DNA of 64,000 bases, from assembly GCA_964270895.1 (NCBI GenBank), contig OZ185435.1; one strand, given 5' to 3'. Both the position numbers and the translations under genes were made by a program. Source of the DNA: Podarcis filfolensis. Its lineage: Eukaryota. Of this stretch, positions 60,441 to 64,000 are shown in pieces (within the stretch, counting starts at the first letter, position 1; every line of letters starts with the position of its first letter). The notes under the pieces are model-generated. The model searched no databases, was not told the origin of the DNA, and saw only the letters and a program-made list of their open reading frames with translations.

Positions 60441-63400
60441 GGTGCAAAAAGAGACAACTTACTTGATGGGGTGCTATCCACATCGAGCTTGGCCTGTCTT
60501 TAGTAGGGGTAAAATACCTTAGCAATTTTTGACTGCTACATATATATATTGGTGGCAGGCATTGTGCTCAAATTAATGCTTAGCTCCAGTTATAATATAA
60601 TTATGTCTTAACAGTAGAAAATTCTAATTAAGATGATCTGTTTGCCAAGGAAAAGTTTAGTATATCAGCAAATCTATTTATCATGAGCGAGTGGTTTTCC
60701 CACTGATTGGAGCCTGAATTATGAGGGGAGCATCACAGATGCAGGCTGCATTGGGCAAAGAACACAAGCACACATTTAAATCATGTATATCTTTCTTTTA
60801 ACTGATGTAATTGTGAAATATGTTCTTTTTGCATTCATAATTAGGGAGTGGAACAGATGGTGAAGGCTTAGTTTAAAATAATCTGTCATTAAAATAGCCT
60901 AGCCTACTGGTAATCCTTCATTCTAACTGGAGTTTAGGTCAGAGTAACAGGATTTTTTTGTAGTGTTGACATACAGTGGAAGGAATTAGGGACTTCATGG
61001 ATACTGTGTAACATATGAGGGTGTTCCTTAGAAGGACACTGTAGTAAAATTTCAAGGTATTTTCCTCCTTATAATCCAAAAAATACCTCAAAAATTGCAA
61101 TGACAAAATTTCCTTGGCAAAATGACCCCTTCAACACACTACGATAAACACTGAAGCCCTGATCCAGAGACCTTCACTGCAGTGGGCAAGGGTGCTGGGA
61201 ATTTTAGCTCTGTAAGGGGCAAATGACAGTTCCTAAGATGATTTTAGGAAACCATGTGGTTTGAAAGTGTGGTGTGTACTTCACCCCAGCAGCATTAGTC
61301 ACATGCAAAAGATTATTATGGAACGCTATGTACACTTTTAGAAAGGGAATAGGAAAACTGTTTTCAGTACCTAAACATGGTGGAAGATTTAGGGTAGACA
61401 AAAGGAAGTACCTCTACACATGACATATGGTTAAACTCTTAAATTCATTACCACAGGATGTGGGGATGGCTATAAACTTAGACAGCTTTGAAAGGGAATT
61501 AGAGATAAGGCTGTCAGTAGCTTTAGCCAAGCTACATTCTCCAGCATCAGAATGCTAGTCTGTGAGGAACAACAGTGGCAATAAAGCTATTGTGGCCATA
61601 TCCTGATTGAGGACTTCCCATAGGCCAGGAATGGGAACTTGTGGCCTGCCAGATATTGTTGAACTCCAGTTCCTATCAGCTCCAGCCTGCATAGCCAGTG
61701 GTCAGGGATGATGGGAATTGCAGGCCAGCAACATATGTTCACGTGTTCTCCACTCCTGTCATAGGCATCTGGTTGACCAGTGTTGGTAACAGGATGCTGG
61801 GCTAGGTGGACCTTATGTTCTTACAGATGCAGGTACTTCACCATCTTCAAGATCGAAAGCTTCTTTCCTCGACTGTCTAATAGGTATCAAAGGGGGTGTA
61901 GCTGAGAAGTTGGTTAATAGTTCATCAGTATATTAGTGCTCTGTACAGACGTGCTCAAGGTGACATGCAAAAGACAAAAAGAAAGAGCGGGCCATGCCAA
62001 AATAAATGGAAACACTAGAACCTCTGGAACCTCTGTGGTAGAGCAACAAGCACGACCAATAGCATTTTACACATCTGCCTTGCACATTATTCTAATTCAC
62101 ATAACATAAATTATAATTACTAGCATCATTATTTAGATATGCCACAGCTTCTCTTTACATCTGAAAATAATTTGCCTCCTGTCGACCATATAGACTTACT
62201 GAGATCTGACAAGGAAAATCTCCCATCATTGCTGTCTGACTCGCTTAGAGCTGTTTTCAGGAATAAGAAAACTGTCTCTGTTAATCAGATACTTGCATGC
62301 CTTAAAAGCATCTATTTTAGTAGTGTTTCCTCTCAGATTCCCCCCCCCTCAAACTGCTTTAGAAAAAAAAAAGATTTCAGCATGGTATTATGATAAATCT
62401 TCTTGAGGAGGGGCACGCATTAACATTTGTGTCGGTACTTTTTCATCTTAATCCAACCTTGTTTAATAATCAGAAAATTCTACATAGTGGGTAAGAAGAT
62501 GTAATTAACTCTTTGACCCCAGAATCTTAATTGGCGCCTGTTGAAAACAGTGGGGCAGTTTGAAAAAAAGTAGCCTGTGGTGATTGAAACAGCATAATGC
62601 ATAATGGTTTTCTCAAATCAAAATAAGAAAGTGCTGGGGGAACTCAGCTTTAATCACATGTTGTACATAGTTGGTAGGTGGAAGAGATCACAAAATAGGC
62701 CTCCCTCACCCCCAAACTGTAATGTTCAAACTTTGCCTATAAGAAATCCACACTTTCTGTCTTCAGAAATTTGTGCCGGAGAGTTATAGCCCCACACTTT
62801 CTAGTAAAGGGTGGTCCTCAACGTCATTGTAGATGACTAAAGTATAATTTACATCTTGATGAGACTAGCTCATAATAACAGGGCACCATGTAAATCCTTA
62901 GCATTACTCACAGCTTCTGCTACTGCTAAAGGTAGAAATGATCAATGATCATACAACAAATGTTACAATTTTGGTTTTTTTAAAAAATGGCATCTGTACT
63001 GGGCTGTGTATAAGATATTGAATCAGAGGTAAAATGCCCAGCATATAATGCTCTAATGAAAAACTCAATGAGCTATATTTCCCCCCCTCAAGAAGGTATA
63101 CTTCAAACATGTTGGGTGTTGGATATCCAGGATTTAAAGAAATTTAGCAACGTTGCCTCTTTTTTGCTCATATTGTTTTTTAGCTTGTCTGTCCCCGCTT
63201 TCCATGTTTTCCTATGCTGAGTTATGTTATCCAAGAAAATTCAGTGCCTCACTGATGAAGAGGGTCCATTGTAATAAGAGATCTAATGGATAGAAATTTG
63301 GACTCTGATAAAAAGCCTGTGGCGGCATGTCAAAAATATAATCACAATTGTTACCAATATTTGCTAGCTGTGCAAATATTGCATGTACATTTCTCCCACC

Positions 63401-63448
63401 CAGAACACCTTTATATCCATCAAATAAGATTGTCAATAAACATGAAGA

Positions 63449-63586
63449 GTGCAATTCTCAACCTGTGGGTTCCCAGATGTTGTTGGACTACAACTCCCAT
63501 CATCCCTGAGCTCTGGCCTTGCTGGCTAGGGATAATGGGAGTTGTAGTCCAACAACATCTGGGGACCCATAGGTTGAGAACCGCTG
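63449..63586. mobile_element. Palindromic hAT MITE (URR1-like)
   Basis: ttctcaacct...ccagatgttgttggactacaactccc...gggagttgtagtccaacaacatctgg...aggttgagaa inverted arms. Confidence 0.85.
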
Positions 63587-63629
63587 GAAGCTATTACTCT
63601 TTTTGTAAGTATTTCCATCATCACCATTA

Positions 63630-63785
63630 GATATTGCTCAGTTGGTTAGAGCATGGTGCTAATAATGCCAAGGTTGCAGGTTTGGTCCCTGTATGGGGCA
63701 GCAGCATATTCCTGCATAGCAGGGGGTTGGACTAGATGATCCTCAGGGTCCCTTCCACCGCTACAATTCTATGATTTCTATGATC
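63630..63785 (+). mobile_element. tRNA-head SINE with CR1-type tail
   Basis: gctcagttggttagagcatgg A-box-like, caggtttggtccc B-box-like, ttctatga tail. Confidence 0.85.
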
Positions 63786-63789
63786 CCAT

Positions 63790-63921
63790 CAGGGCTTTTT
63801 TCAGCTGGAACTCGCTGGAACTCAGGTTTGACACCTCTCATGGGGGCACCATTGCCATTCTAAGAGGCGGGAGGTGTTTGTGGTGAGTTCCAGCACCTCT
63901 TTGTCTAGAAAAGTGGCACTG
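63790..63921. mobile_element. hAT MITE
   Basis: cagggctttttt / aaaagtggcactg ends; TSD not preserved. Confidence 0.65.
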
Positions 63922-64000
63922 CCAATAAATGGCAATTTATCTACAATATTAATGGTTCAAACACTTTCTCTGCTTCAGCCTCCTGTTTGTCTTCTACATT

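Noticed and set aside
63630-63710. tRNA genes at SINE heads (also 4723, 12262, 15777, 26558, 37136, 58114)
   Set aside because: Degenerate cloverleaves fused to LINE-derived tails; these are SINEs, not tRNA genes

Overview
Eukaryotic vertebrate DNA, not prokaryotic. The repeat set (Sauria/Squam1 SINE, Squam3 SINE, BovB, squamate-type L1/L2/CR1 ends, many hAT and Tc1/mariner MITEs) points to a squamate reptile, most likely a lacertid lizard (inference). The window is AT-rich, repeat-dense, intron-like or intergenic DNA with three short N gaps. I found no long protein-coding exon and cannot name a host gene. Most entries in the ORF track are artefacts of repeats, microsatellites or gaps. Best-supported features are TE insertions with readable TIRs and target-site duplications (TSDs). 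The most unusual object is a complete 2.1-kb retroposed element (41349-43480) with an 18-bp TSD, a GC-rich L1-like 5' end, an L1-type 3' end and poly(A), no reverse transcriptase, and one intact 208-aa ORF I cannot match to L1 ORF1. Several tiny candidate exons with good splice signals lie in the unique DNA on both strands. They suggest a long, alternatively spliced gene, but they are unverified and some must be chance matches.
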